DNA from: Candidatus Woesearchaeota archaeon
GTDB taxonomy: Archaea; Nanobdellota; Nanobdellia; Woesearchaeales; GW2011-AR4
Length of the DNA: 43,026 nt
NCBI GenBank assembly: GCA_019323655.1
Contig: JAHWGX010000063.1
Coordinates: forward strand, 1-43,026
Reading direction: 5' to 3'
Shown here: positions 18,865 through 26,736 of the stretch, one piece after another
Layout of the letters: the number at the start of each line of letters is the position of its first letter
Position numbering within the stretch: the stretch's first letter is position 1
Position numbers and translations under genes: made by a program
Notes under the pieces: model-generated
What the model saw: the letters and a program-made list of their open reading frames with translations, nothing else
Databases searched by the model: none
What the model was told of the DNA's origin: nothing

Positions 18865-19932
18865 TTAATATGCAAGTTTGAACCTTAAAATTGCTGCTAT
18901 TCCCCCTAAACCATCTAATTTTTTCCCTGCTTCGTGCTCTGAACTCACTATTAAGATGTCCCCTTTTGTTTTATCCACAGCCCTCATAGTTTCTTCTATT
19001 TCCCCATATGTGTTTTCCATTCTTCTCTGCTGTATGAAGCTATCTGTTATTAACAATATCCTTACAGCGCCTGCAACAGCTGCATTTTTTGTTTCCCTTA
19101 AACCATAGGATGCTAAATTATTTTTGGCTATTTCTGCAAAAAGCTCTTCAACGCATTTGTACTCTCTGGCAATCCTTTCCTGCTTCAGCGCATTAGCAGT
19201 TTCTGGCCTTTTCAAGACTTCGCTGATTGCATTTTCTCCAACAGAAGAGCAGGTTGCCAAGATTATTTTGTCTTTGATATTTTTGTCTTTAATCTCTTTC
19301 ATTAATTCCTCTTTCCAGAATGCAGGGCTTGCAATAATAATCTTATTCAAAGTGTATCTGCTGTCATACTCTTCCAGCTGTTTAATTGTTTCCCTATAGA
19401 AGCTGCTTTCTATTTTTTTAAGGTCTGCTTTTTTTTGGACTGTCCCTTTAACGTTTGCAAGCAGCTGGTAACCATATTTTTTCATTAATGCAAAATATGC
19501 CTCTTCCCTGTCATGCACGCAAATCAGTATTTTTGCTGTGGTTTCTTTGCTTGCCTCCTTCAGCCTGTCAATCTGGAATTTGAGCCAATTTTGCTTTATT
19601 ATTTTAATGACAGAATTTTCTTCAATGTTGAGTGTATGGTGGGAGCCTAAAGGCACATCCTCCGGGCCTTCCTTTACCAAACCGGAAACCCTCATTATGC
19701 TATTAGAGGTTTTGCTAAACTCAATTTTCTCTACTTGTATAACCAGGAAAACGGCTTTTTTGACTATTTTCTGCTTTCTTTGGTTTTCTTCCCCCAGCTT
19801 TATTTTCCTGAAAGTTTTTGCCTTTACAAAATCATTTTTTTCTATTATTTGGCTCAGATACCATAAATCGTCCAGATTTTCAACCTTTACCTTTGCTTCT
19901 CCTTTTTTGAAATCAGAGTGGATAATCTTCAT
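18865..19932 (-). CDS. Pelota/Dom34 (mRNA surveillance, aRF1-related)
   Basis: 355 aa with MKIIHSDFKKGEAKVKVENLDDLWYLSQII, a typical pelota N-domain, and eRF1-like central and C-terminal domains. Confidence 0.88.
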   Translation of the reverse strand: MKIIHSDFKKGEAKVKVENLDDLWYLSQIIEKNDFVKAKTFRKIKLGEENQRKQKIVKKAVFLVIQVEKIEFSKTSNSIMRVSGLVKEGPEDVPLGSHHTLNIEENSVIKIIKQNWLKFQIDRLKEASKETTAKILICVHDREEAYFALMKKYGYQLLANVKGTVQKKADLKKIESSFYRETIKQLEEYDSRYTLNKIIIASPAFWKEELMKEIKDKNIKDKIILATCSSVGENAISEVLKRPETANALKQERIAREYKCVEELFAEIAKNNLASYGLRETKNAAVAGAVRILLITDSFIQQRRMENTYGEIEETMRAVDKTKGDILIVSSEHEAGKKLDGLGGIAAILRFKLAY

Positions 19933-20016
19933 TTTACTGCTTTATTGCTGTATTTCCGGTAAATGCATTGTCTTCTTCCTTGGATTTTAGCCGGCTTAAA
20001 GAGATTAATCAAAACA

Positions 20017-20024
20017 TTTATATA
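20017..20024 (+). promoter_or_regulatory. TATA box candidate for the envelope-protein cassette
   Basis: TTTATATA lies 56 nt upstream of the TTG start at 20080. A GGTGA Shine-Dalgarno-like motif at 20069-20073 sits 6 nt before that start. Confidence 0.35.
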
Positions 20025-20079
20025 TTAAACTATTCATTTTTTACAGCAAAGTAAATAAAAATCCAAAAGGTGATAAATC

Positions 20080-21273
20080 TTGAGAAAATCGCAAGGAGGC
20101 GTTAATGCAGCAATTTTAGTTGCTGTTATAGCTGGCTTGATTATTTTATACATACTGTTTCTTCCGGAAGCTGAAAGAAAGGCGCTGCTTGAAAACGAAA
20201 GCGTTGAAGATAAGAATGGCGGTGCTGATGGTGAAGAGGAGGATATATTGCTAAGGGTATTCCCAGGAAGGCTTGACACAGTTGAGGGAATGATAGACAA
20301 AACAATCCCCAATATATTCCTGTTCGAGAAAACTGACGCTGAAGTTCTTGAAAAAATAAACCCTTTTATAGTAAGGAACGGATGGTTTGATGAAAAGAGC
20401 AGGACTGTTGACTTCAGCATAGATGATTTGGAGAATACTGATAATGTTATTCTGTCTTTTAAAGCTAAAAGCCATGAGGGCATTTTGACAATAAAGCTGA
20501 ATGGCGCGATTGTGTTTGAAAATGAGATTGCGTCAGAAAATGCTGAGCCGATAAGATTGGGCAGAAATCTGCTTAAAGATTACAACACTTTTGATTTCAG
20601 CGTTTCTTCTGTCGGGATTAGATTTTGGAAAACAAATGAGTACAGCCTTGAGGATATAAGGGTAATAGGCGATATAACTGACAGGAGCAAGCAGGAAAGC
20701 AGGAACGTCTTTACTTTGACTGCAACAGAGCTGTTTAATATTGAGGAAGCCGACCTGAAATTTGTCCCTTACTGCGGGAATGTGGCCAGTGTTGGAGTCC
20801 TGGATGTTTCTATTAATAATAGGGATGTATATTCGGCTGTCCCTGTTTGCGAGGACCCGACTAAAGTTCCAATACCCTTAGGAATCTTGGATGAGGGGGA
20901 AAACAGGGTGATTTTCAAAACCAACAAAGGCAGCTACAGTGTGGAGCAGATTAAAGTGGAGTTTAATGAGAAAGAAACAAAGGCTGATGTTTATTTTTTT
21001 GAGGTGAATGAAAGCGTAATAGAGGGCATAGAGGACGAGGAAATAGATATTGTTTTGACAATAGAATTTGTTGATGGCGAAAGCAACAAAAGGGCTGACT
21101 TAAACATCAATGACCGGCTGTCTTCAATAGACCAGGAAAAAAGAATTTTCACAAAAACCCTTAATGATGATGACGATCCTGATTATATAGAAGAAGGTAA
21201 TAATTTTATTGAAATAAGGCCTAGAACTAGGCTTGATATTGTTGAGCTGAAAGTAGCAATAGAAGATCGGTAG
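20080..21273 (+). CDS. Uncharacterised N-terminally membrane-anchored, acidic surface protein with three ~100-aa tandem repeats
   Basis: TTG start with a GGTGA RBS. The N-terminus MRKSQGGVNAAILVAVIAGLIILYILFL is a signal anchor. Repeat ends are visible as EYSLEDIRVIGD / SYSVEQIKVEFN / RLDIVELKVAIE. I recognise no family. Confidence 0.6.
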   Translation: MRKSQGGVNAAILVAVIAGLIILYILFLPEAERKALLENESVEDKNGGADGEEEDILLRVFPGRLDTVEGMIDKTIPNIFLFEKTDAEVLEKINPFIVRNGWFDEKSRTVDFSIDDLENTDNVILSFKAKSHEGILTIKLNGAIVFENEIASENAEPIRLGRNLLKDYNTFDFSVSSVGIRFWKTNEYSLEDIRVIGDITDRSKQESRNVFTLTATELFNIEEADLKFVPYCGNVASVGVLDVSINNRDVYSAVPVCEDPTKVPIPLGILDEGENRVIFKTNKGSYSVEQIKVEFNEKETKADVYFFEVNESVIEGIEDEEIDIVLTIEFVDGESNKRADLNINDRLSSIDQEKRIFTKTLNDDDDPDYIEEGNNFIEIRPRTRLDIVELKVAIEDR

Positions 21274-21323
21274 ATAAAGAGGTGGTTTTGGAAAGAATTC
21301 TAAAGTTTTAGTTAGGCAAGAAA

Positions 21324-23810
21324 ATGGCGATTAGAGAGACGTTAGGGCAGGGTTATGAGAAAGTTAGAGATAAAGCGACAGATGGCTACAAAATTCTAAG
21401 GGAAAAAACAGAAAGGATCCCAAAAAAAGCGTACGGCATGGCTGCTGCAGCAGGCGGGGGCCTGATGGTTGGGCTGGCAAGCGCCAAAGACAGAGCCAAA
21501 GAAACTGCAGCCAATGTAAGCGGCGACACTGGCAGCTTATTTGTGATTATCCTTTTTATTATGTACATAGTAGACCTAGCCGATTTTGGAGGGGGCAGGT
21601 ATACTGGTTTTGTTTTTCAGTTGCCTGCGTTTTCATCGACCTATGCATGGAATGTCCTTACTTCTGTGATTTTCGGATTTTTTGTGCTCATATATTTTTT
21701 AGACAAGATAGTAAGAAATGAGTGGGACTGGGTAAGCCGTGAGACTTTTAGTTTTTTTTTGTTTGCTTTTATTATGAGTTTCCTCCTAATTTTTAACCAG
21801 TGGTTTGCAAGCCCTAAAGCAATCTTTCATTTCATATTTATTGTGGTTTTTGGATTCACTTTTGTAAGAAGCTGCGACGGGCCTTTCAGCTCTTACCTTT
21901 ATATATCTACCTTCTTATTCTTAGATTTTTTTGGGTATGCTTACTTTCAGCAGATTGTCGCCTTTAAGTATGTGCCCTTTGCTTACTTATGGATTGCATT
22001 GTATATCTACAGAAAAACGCAAAATCTTCTTTCACTTATTGCAATAGTCTCTATTTTATTTATATTGTTCCTATTTGTTTACAAAGACGCTAATGAGATT
22101 AGCGGGGGGTATTTCTGGGTAAAAAGCACTGATGGCCTGACATTGGAAGAAACTATGGGTGATTTGCGCCAAGGAATAGGAAGCTTTATTGATGCGTGGC
22201 TTGGGACTCTGGAAAGGCAGATGCAATATGCAATTACCGGGAAGGTTGAGGAAAACAAATATGAGCCTCTGGGCGTTTATCTGGTAGAGCTACAGCCGTC
22301 GCAGCCTGTATATTTCCAGGATGAGAATGTGATTATATTAGGAACAGTAGAGGCAAGAACATTAAATGACCCTATCAAGATAGAGATGGGGTGCAGAATC
22401 AAGGGAAAGAAAAAGGAGGGAGATAAAGAGGCTGACGAAGTGGATACTGAGAAATTTTCCGTGTACACTTCTGAGCAACAGCCTTTTGCATGCAAATTCG
22501 ACAGGTGTTGCAAGCCTAACGAATGTACTAAAGAAGTACTTTCTAACTGCGTGTTAAAGGAGGGAACTAACACAATAATAGCTTATGCGGACTTTAATTT
22601 TGAAACTTTATCGTATCTAAAGACTTATTTTATGAGCCGGGAAAGAATAAGGGCAATGGTCAGGGAAAATATAGACCCATTTAATGAGTTTGGAATTACA
22701 GATAAAAATCCTATTGCTGTTTATACCAACGGCCCTGTTGAGATAGGGATGTCAGTAACAACTTCTTTAACTGGAGCGTCCTTGGTTGGCGTCAGCATAG
22801 CAGAAGGTGCAGAAGATGTATATGCCGGCTATCCTACTTTAAGCATTTCTTTAAGGAACAGAGAAGGCTGGGAGGGCAAGATAAAAAATATAAGCTCATT
22901 CTTGCTGTTTTTTCCGAAAGGCATTGAGCTGGAGAATCCTGAAGAAGACTGCTATGGCTGGGTATTTAAAAATGTTGAAGATTCTAAATATTCCAAAGCT
23001 TGCAAAGAAAAATTTTGCGGAAAGCTGCAGGAAGGAGAATGTTCAGAAGTATGCGACACTATCCAGGGGTATTATTTGGATGTAGAGAATAAGGAAGTCC
23101 AGAAAAAATTAGATGATTTTGAAAAATTCAGCTTTTTCAGGTGCAGGCTCAAGCCCAATAAGGATGCTTTAGAGGGCACTCCAATAACAACAAAAATCTT
23201 TGCAGTGGCTGCAGAATATAACTACACCTTGGAGAAATCCGTTGTTGCAAGTGTACAAAAGATTCCGGAAGAGGATATTGTGGAAGCCGGAGAGGGCATG
23301 GAAGGTGAATGCCCAAGCTACGCGTGCCTTGAATACGAAGGTGATTGGTGGTCGGTGACAGGCAATGTTGACAGTTCTTATGAGGGAGATAAATGGAAAG
23401 TCAATGAATGTTATTATAGTAAAAATGAATATTGTGAATCAAAAAATTGTGGAAAATCTGGTAAATGTATAGAAGAGGAAAGTGGGGAGGTTTGTGGAGA
23501 TGGAGTTTGTGGTTCTGGAGAAACTTGTGGTTTAATTGATATCGAAAAGTGTTCTCATACTTCATGTACCTCGCCAAAATGTTATTATGGCTGCCAAGAA
23601 ACCCCATTGCCAGCTGGGAGCACTAATGATGAATGCAAAGATGGTCGGGCTTGTGATGGAGAAGGCAATTGCATATCCCAAGAAAGAATCTGTATGGGAG
23701 AATGTAAAGAGGGATGTTATTGTGGGCCTAGTGTCTGTGAAGTGGCAAGACTCAACACTAACTGTGAGGAGTCTGGAAAAACTTGTTGCATTCCGAAAGA
23801 TAGAGAATAA
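21324..23810 (+). CDS. Uncharacterised polytopic membrane protein with large ectodomain and Cys-rich C-terminal tail
   Basis: 828 aa. Residues ~70-270 contain about 7 hydrophobic helices. The following ectodomain shares motifs with the next two genes. The last 166 aa contain 24 cysteines. Confidence 0.65.
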   Translation: MAIRETLGQGYEKVRDKATDGYKILREKTERIPKKAYGMAAAAGGGLMVGLASAKDRAKETAANVSGDTGSLFVIILFIMYIVDLADFGGGRYTGFVFQLPAFSSTYAWNVLTSVIFGFFVLIYFLDKIVRNEWDWVSRETFSFFLFAFIMSFLLIFNQWFASPKAIFHFIFIVVFGFTFVRSCDGPFSSYLYISTFLFLDFFGYAYFQQIVAFKYVPFAYLWIALYIYRKTQNLLSLIAIVSILFILFLFVYKDANEISGGYFWVKSTDGLTLEETMGDLRQGIGSFIDAWLGTLERQMQYAITGKVEENKYEPLGVYLVELQPSQPVYFQDENVIILGTVEARTLNDPIKIEMGCRIKGKKKEGDKEADEVDTEKFSVYTSEQQPFACKFDRCCKPNECTKEVLSNCVLKEGTNTIIAYADFNFETLSYLKTYFMSRERIRAMVRENIDPFNEFGITDKNPIAVYTNGPVEIGMSVTTSLTGASLVGVSIAEGAEDVYAGYPTLSISLRNREGWEGKIKNISSFLLFFPKGIELENPEEDCYGWVFKNVEDSKYSKACKEKFCGKLQEGECSEVCDTIQGYYLDVENKEVQKKLDDFEKFSFFRCRLKPNKDALEGTPITTKIFAVAAEYNYTLEKSVVASVQKIPEEDIVEAGEGMEGECPSYACLEYEGDWWSVTGNVDSSYEGDKWKVNECYYSKNEYCESKNCGKSGKCIEEESGEVCGDGVCGSGETCGLIDIEKCSHTSCTSPKCYYGCQETPLPAGSTNDECKDGRACDGEGNCISQERICMGECKEGCYCGPSVCEVARLNTNCEESGKTCCIPKDRE

Positions 23811-23813
23811 AAA

Positions 23814-24797
23814 ATGAACAAGAAAATAATTTTTGGCTTTATTGCAATAGGATTGTTTTTTATTGCGGGGTGCAATGTCAATGTTGGTGGCGGCAACAAC
23901 CCTAAAACAGATGCTGATGTAAAGAAAGGGACAGGAGGGCTTACAATGGAGTTTGTGAAAAATGCTCCGCCAATAAGTGTTTTTGAATATACTGTTTTTC
24001 CTATAGCGCTGAACTTAAAGAATGCAGGGGCGTTTGATATAGGCGATGAAATTGAAGGCACTAGTAAAAAAGGGAAGCTTGTTCTAGGGCTTGAAAAAAA
24101 TTATATGGATGTTGCGGAATTAGGAGAGGGAAAACAAGATTTCGAGATTAATGGCAAGTCCATTTATAACCTAAATGGGGATGAAGAGCTAATAACTATA
24201 AACGCAAAAGCAAAAAGCATCGGGGCGCAAAGCGAAACCCGTTCTGTGAATATCCTCGCGACTGCCTGCTATCCCTATAAGACTTTTTTCGGGAGCTCTG
24301 TATGCATTGACCCTGATGTTTACGGCATGAGGAGAGGGGCAAAAGCGTGCAGCATTGCGGATTTGGGATTTGACAAGGGGCAGGGAGCTCCTGTTGCAAT
24401 AACAAGAATAGAATCCAGAATGCTTATGGAAGCAGATAAAAATGTAATAAAGCCCAACTTCGTGATTTATATTGAGAATAGGGGAAACGGGGAGGTTATA
24501 AGCCTTAATAAGATAGATGATGCTTGTTCGCAAGAACCTTTGAGCTATGAGGACTTTAACACATTGATAATAAAAGCATCATTAGCCGGAAACAAGCTGA
24601 AATGCAATATCGTTGACGGAGCCCAGCAAACGACAATAAAGCTCAGAGGTAAAAAGGACAGGGTTATGTGCACTTTAGATGACGGCGTTGACATGAACCT
24701 TGATGCTTACACAGCACCGTTGGATATAGAGCTATCTTACGGCTATACTACCACCATATCCAAAAATATAATCATAGAGAGGCTTTTAACTTACTAA
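23814..24797 (+). CDS. Uncharacterised lipoprotein (paralog 1)
   Basis: MNKKIIFGFIAIGLFFIAGC has a lipobox (IAGC). It has two CARDB-like strands (LNLKNAGAFD, IYIENRGNGEV). The gene starts 3 nt after the upstream stop. Confidence 0.65.
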   Translation: MNKKIIFGFIAIGLFFIAGCNVNVGGGNNPKTDADVKKGTGGLTMEFVKNAPPISVFEYTVFPIALNLKNAGAFDIGDEIEGTSKKGKLVLGLEKNYMDVAELGEGKQDFEINGKSIYNLNGDEELITINAKAKSIGAQSETRSVNILATACYPYKTFFGSSVCIDPDVYGMRRGAKACSIADLGFDKGQGAPVAITRIESRMLMEADKNVIKPNFVIYIENRGNGEVISLNKIDDACSQEPLSYEDFNTLIIKASLAGNKLKCNIVDGAQQTTIKLRGKKDRVMCTLDDGVDMNLDAYTAPLDIELSYGYTTTISKNIIIERLLTY

Positions 24798-24810
24798 CCG
24801 GATTAAGAAA

Positions 24811-25806
24811 ATGAAAAAAATTAAAGTGAGTTTCGCGATTTTACTTGCCTTTTTGCTGATTTTTTCTGCTGCTGGGTGCATAAAAAAAACTGGCGGCAGT
24901 GTTGACTACAAGGCTGAAACAGATGGCCTGAAAATAAAATTTCTTGAAAGAACACTGAAAGACCGGTATGTAATAGGCGAAAGAGATATTTACCCCATGA
25001 TTGTAGAGCTGGAAGTGGAGAATAAAGGTGGGTTCCCAAAAAAAGAGGACTTGCGCAGCGGCAGCAGGTGGAGCAACTTAATGATGCCTCAGATTAAGCT
25101 TAGCGGATTTGACAAGAATATAATTACCGATGTGAAAACCAAAGACAGGTTAGTCTGGGATTCTCTTTTAGGAGTGGACTATTCAAACCCTGAGGGAAGC
25201 CTTGACACGATTTTATTTTCCGCGTGGATTCAAAGTAAAAAGATAACAGACAGCTATGAGCCGAATATAATGGCTACTATCTGCTATCCTTATGCGACAA
25301 AGGCAGAGCCGGAGGCTTGTATTGACCCGCGGCCATCCGAAGAGGATGAGCATAAAGTCTGCAGTATTGGAACTAAAACATTAACAAGCCAGGGTGCTCC
25401 TGTTGCAATAACAAAGATTGAGCAGGAAGCCTCTTCAGACAAAATGCAGTTTAAGATTCACATAAAGAACATAGGAAACGGGGAAGTGATAAAATTTGGA
25501 TCTTTATGGAAATGCAGCTCTCAGGAAGCGAGGCTGGAAAAAGATGATTTTGACAGGATAAACCTGGCAAGCGTGGAAATTGGCTACGATAAGCCTGTAA
25601 AGCTTGACTGCAAGCCTTTTGCCGACGGGAGTAATAACTTAATAAGGCTCTATGAAGGGGAAGGTGTAATAATATGCTCCTTTGACATGTCTGACTCAGA
25701 TGTTAAATATGAATATACAACGCCGCTCAAAATTGTTCTGGAATACGGCTACAGCACCACAATTTCGAAAAATATAAAAATATTAAAGATGGTTGAGGTT
25801 GATTAA
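24811..25806 (+). CDS. Uncharacterised lipoprotein (paralog 2)
   Basis: MKKIKVSFAILLAFLLIFSAAGC has a lipobox (AAGC). It is collinear with the previous gene: ATICYPYATKAEPEACIDP, QGAPVAITKIEQE, YGYSTTISKNIKI. Confidence 0.65.
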   Translation: MKKIKVSFAILLAFLLIFSAAGCIKKTGGSVDYKAETDGLKIKFLERTLKDRYVIGERDIYPMIVELEVENKGGFPKKEDLRSGSRWSNLMMPQIKLSGFDKNIITDVKTKDRLVWDSLLGVDYSNPEGSLDTILFSAWIQSKKITDSYEPNIMATICYPYATKAEPEACIDPRPSEEDEHKVCSIGTKTLTSQGAPVAITKIEQEASSDKMQFKIHIKNIGNGEVIKFGSLWKCSSQEARLEKDDFDRINLASVEIGYDKPVKLDCKPFADGSNNLIRLYEGEGVIICSFDMSDSDVKYEYTTPLKIVLEYGYSTTISKNIKILKMVEVD

Positions 25807-25846
25807 GAATAATTTTTATATAAAAAACAAATAAAAGGTGGCAAAA

Positions 25847-26722
25847 ATGGGAAAAAAACAGGCTTTTGGTTGGTTGGCTGTAGTAATGATGTTTGTTTTG
25901 GCTGCAGGTTTTGTTAGTGCTCTGTGTCCTGATTACGATTGTCAATTTCAGAAAAGTGGTGTTTTCTCGTATTCCAAGTATGACAGTTCTTACCCCCACA
26001 ATTTTACTGACCCAGTGAGGGCAGGCACTTGTATTAGAGCACAATACAACTACTGGAAACTTTGCGGATACGAGGAGGAAACATGTGATAGAACTACCGG
26101 GAAATGTGTGGAAGAGGATGACAGCAACGGGGGAAGCACAACCTGCCCAGATAGATGCTATGGTCCAGATAGGTGGGGCAATAACTTTGTAGTGTCCATG
26201 AATAAACTGCCCTCTGGCAACGATTGTTCAGTCCCCTTTGAGGGTTGCACCTATACTAACTGTCTTAAGTGCGAATCGGCAGAATGTGCAAATGCCAAAT
26301 GTGCAGAAGGAAGGGGCAGCACTGGCGGGGACACGGGTGATGAGGGTGTAGGTCTAAGCGCAACTTTAGGATCATTTTCTACGCCTAAATCCTACAGGAG
26401 CGCCGGGGAAACAGCAGAATTGAGCGTTAATGTGCGAAATACCGGAAATGCTGCATTTGATGAAACTACAAAAGTATGGTTCTTTGTTAAGAAGCCGGGC
26501 AGCACAGATTATGAAGCTGTTTCAAGCAAATCTGTCAGCGGTCTTATGTACACTGGACAGGCAAGCATTAAGGATGTTTATTATTACTGGCAGATTCCAA
26601 AAGATGCTGTAGGGGGCAAGTATGAATTCGTTGCCCAGGTATTTGCAGTTAAAAAAAATGGTGAATACTATCCCCTTAGTAACACTCCCGCATTGACTAT
26701 TAATGTTGAGGGAAGTGACTGA
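25847..26722 (+). CDS. Uncharacterised secreted Cys-rich protein with C-terminal CARDB/Ig-like domain
   Basis: The ATG at 25847 is preceded by AAGGTGG. It has a signal peptide (...LAAGFVSA), 14 Cys in the first ~130 mature residues, and a C-terminal LSVNVRNTGNAAFD... beta-sandwich-like region. Confidence 0.6.
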   Translation: MGKKQAFGWLAVVMMFVLAAGFVSALCPDYDCQFQKSGVFSYSKYDSSYPHNFTDPVRAGTCIRAQYNYWKLCGYEEETCDRTTGKCVEEDDSNGGSTTCPDRCYGPDRWGNNFVVSMNKLPSGNDCSVPFEGCTYTNCLKCESAECANAKCAEGRGSTGGDTGDEGVGLSATLGSFSTPKSYRSAGETAELSVNVRNTGNAAFDETTKVWFFVKKPGSTDYEAVSSKSVSGLMYTGQASIKDVYYYWQIPKDAVGGKYEFVAQVFAVKKNGEYYPLSNTPALTINVEGSD

Positions 26723-26736
26723 GTATTGGCTTAGGA

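Noticed and set aside
19538-20483. ORFs 19538-19990 (+) and 20034-20483 (-)
   Set aside because: They are antisense to pelota and to the first cassette gene respectively, and have low-complexity hydrophobic translations.
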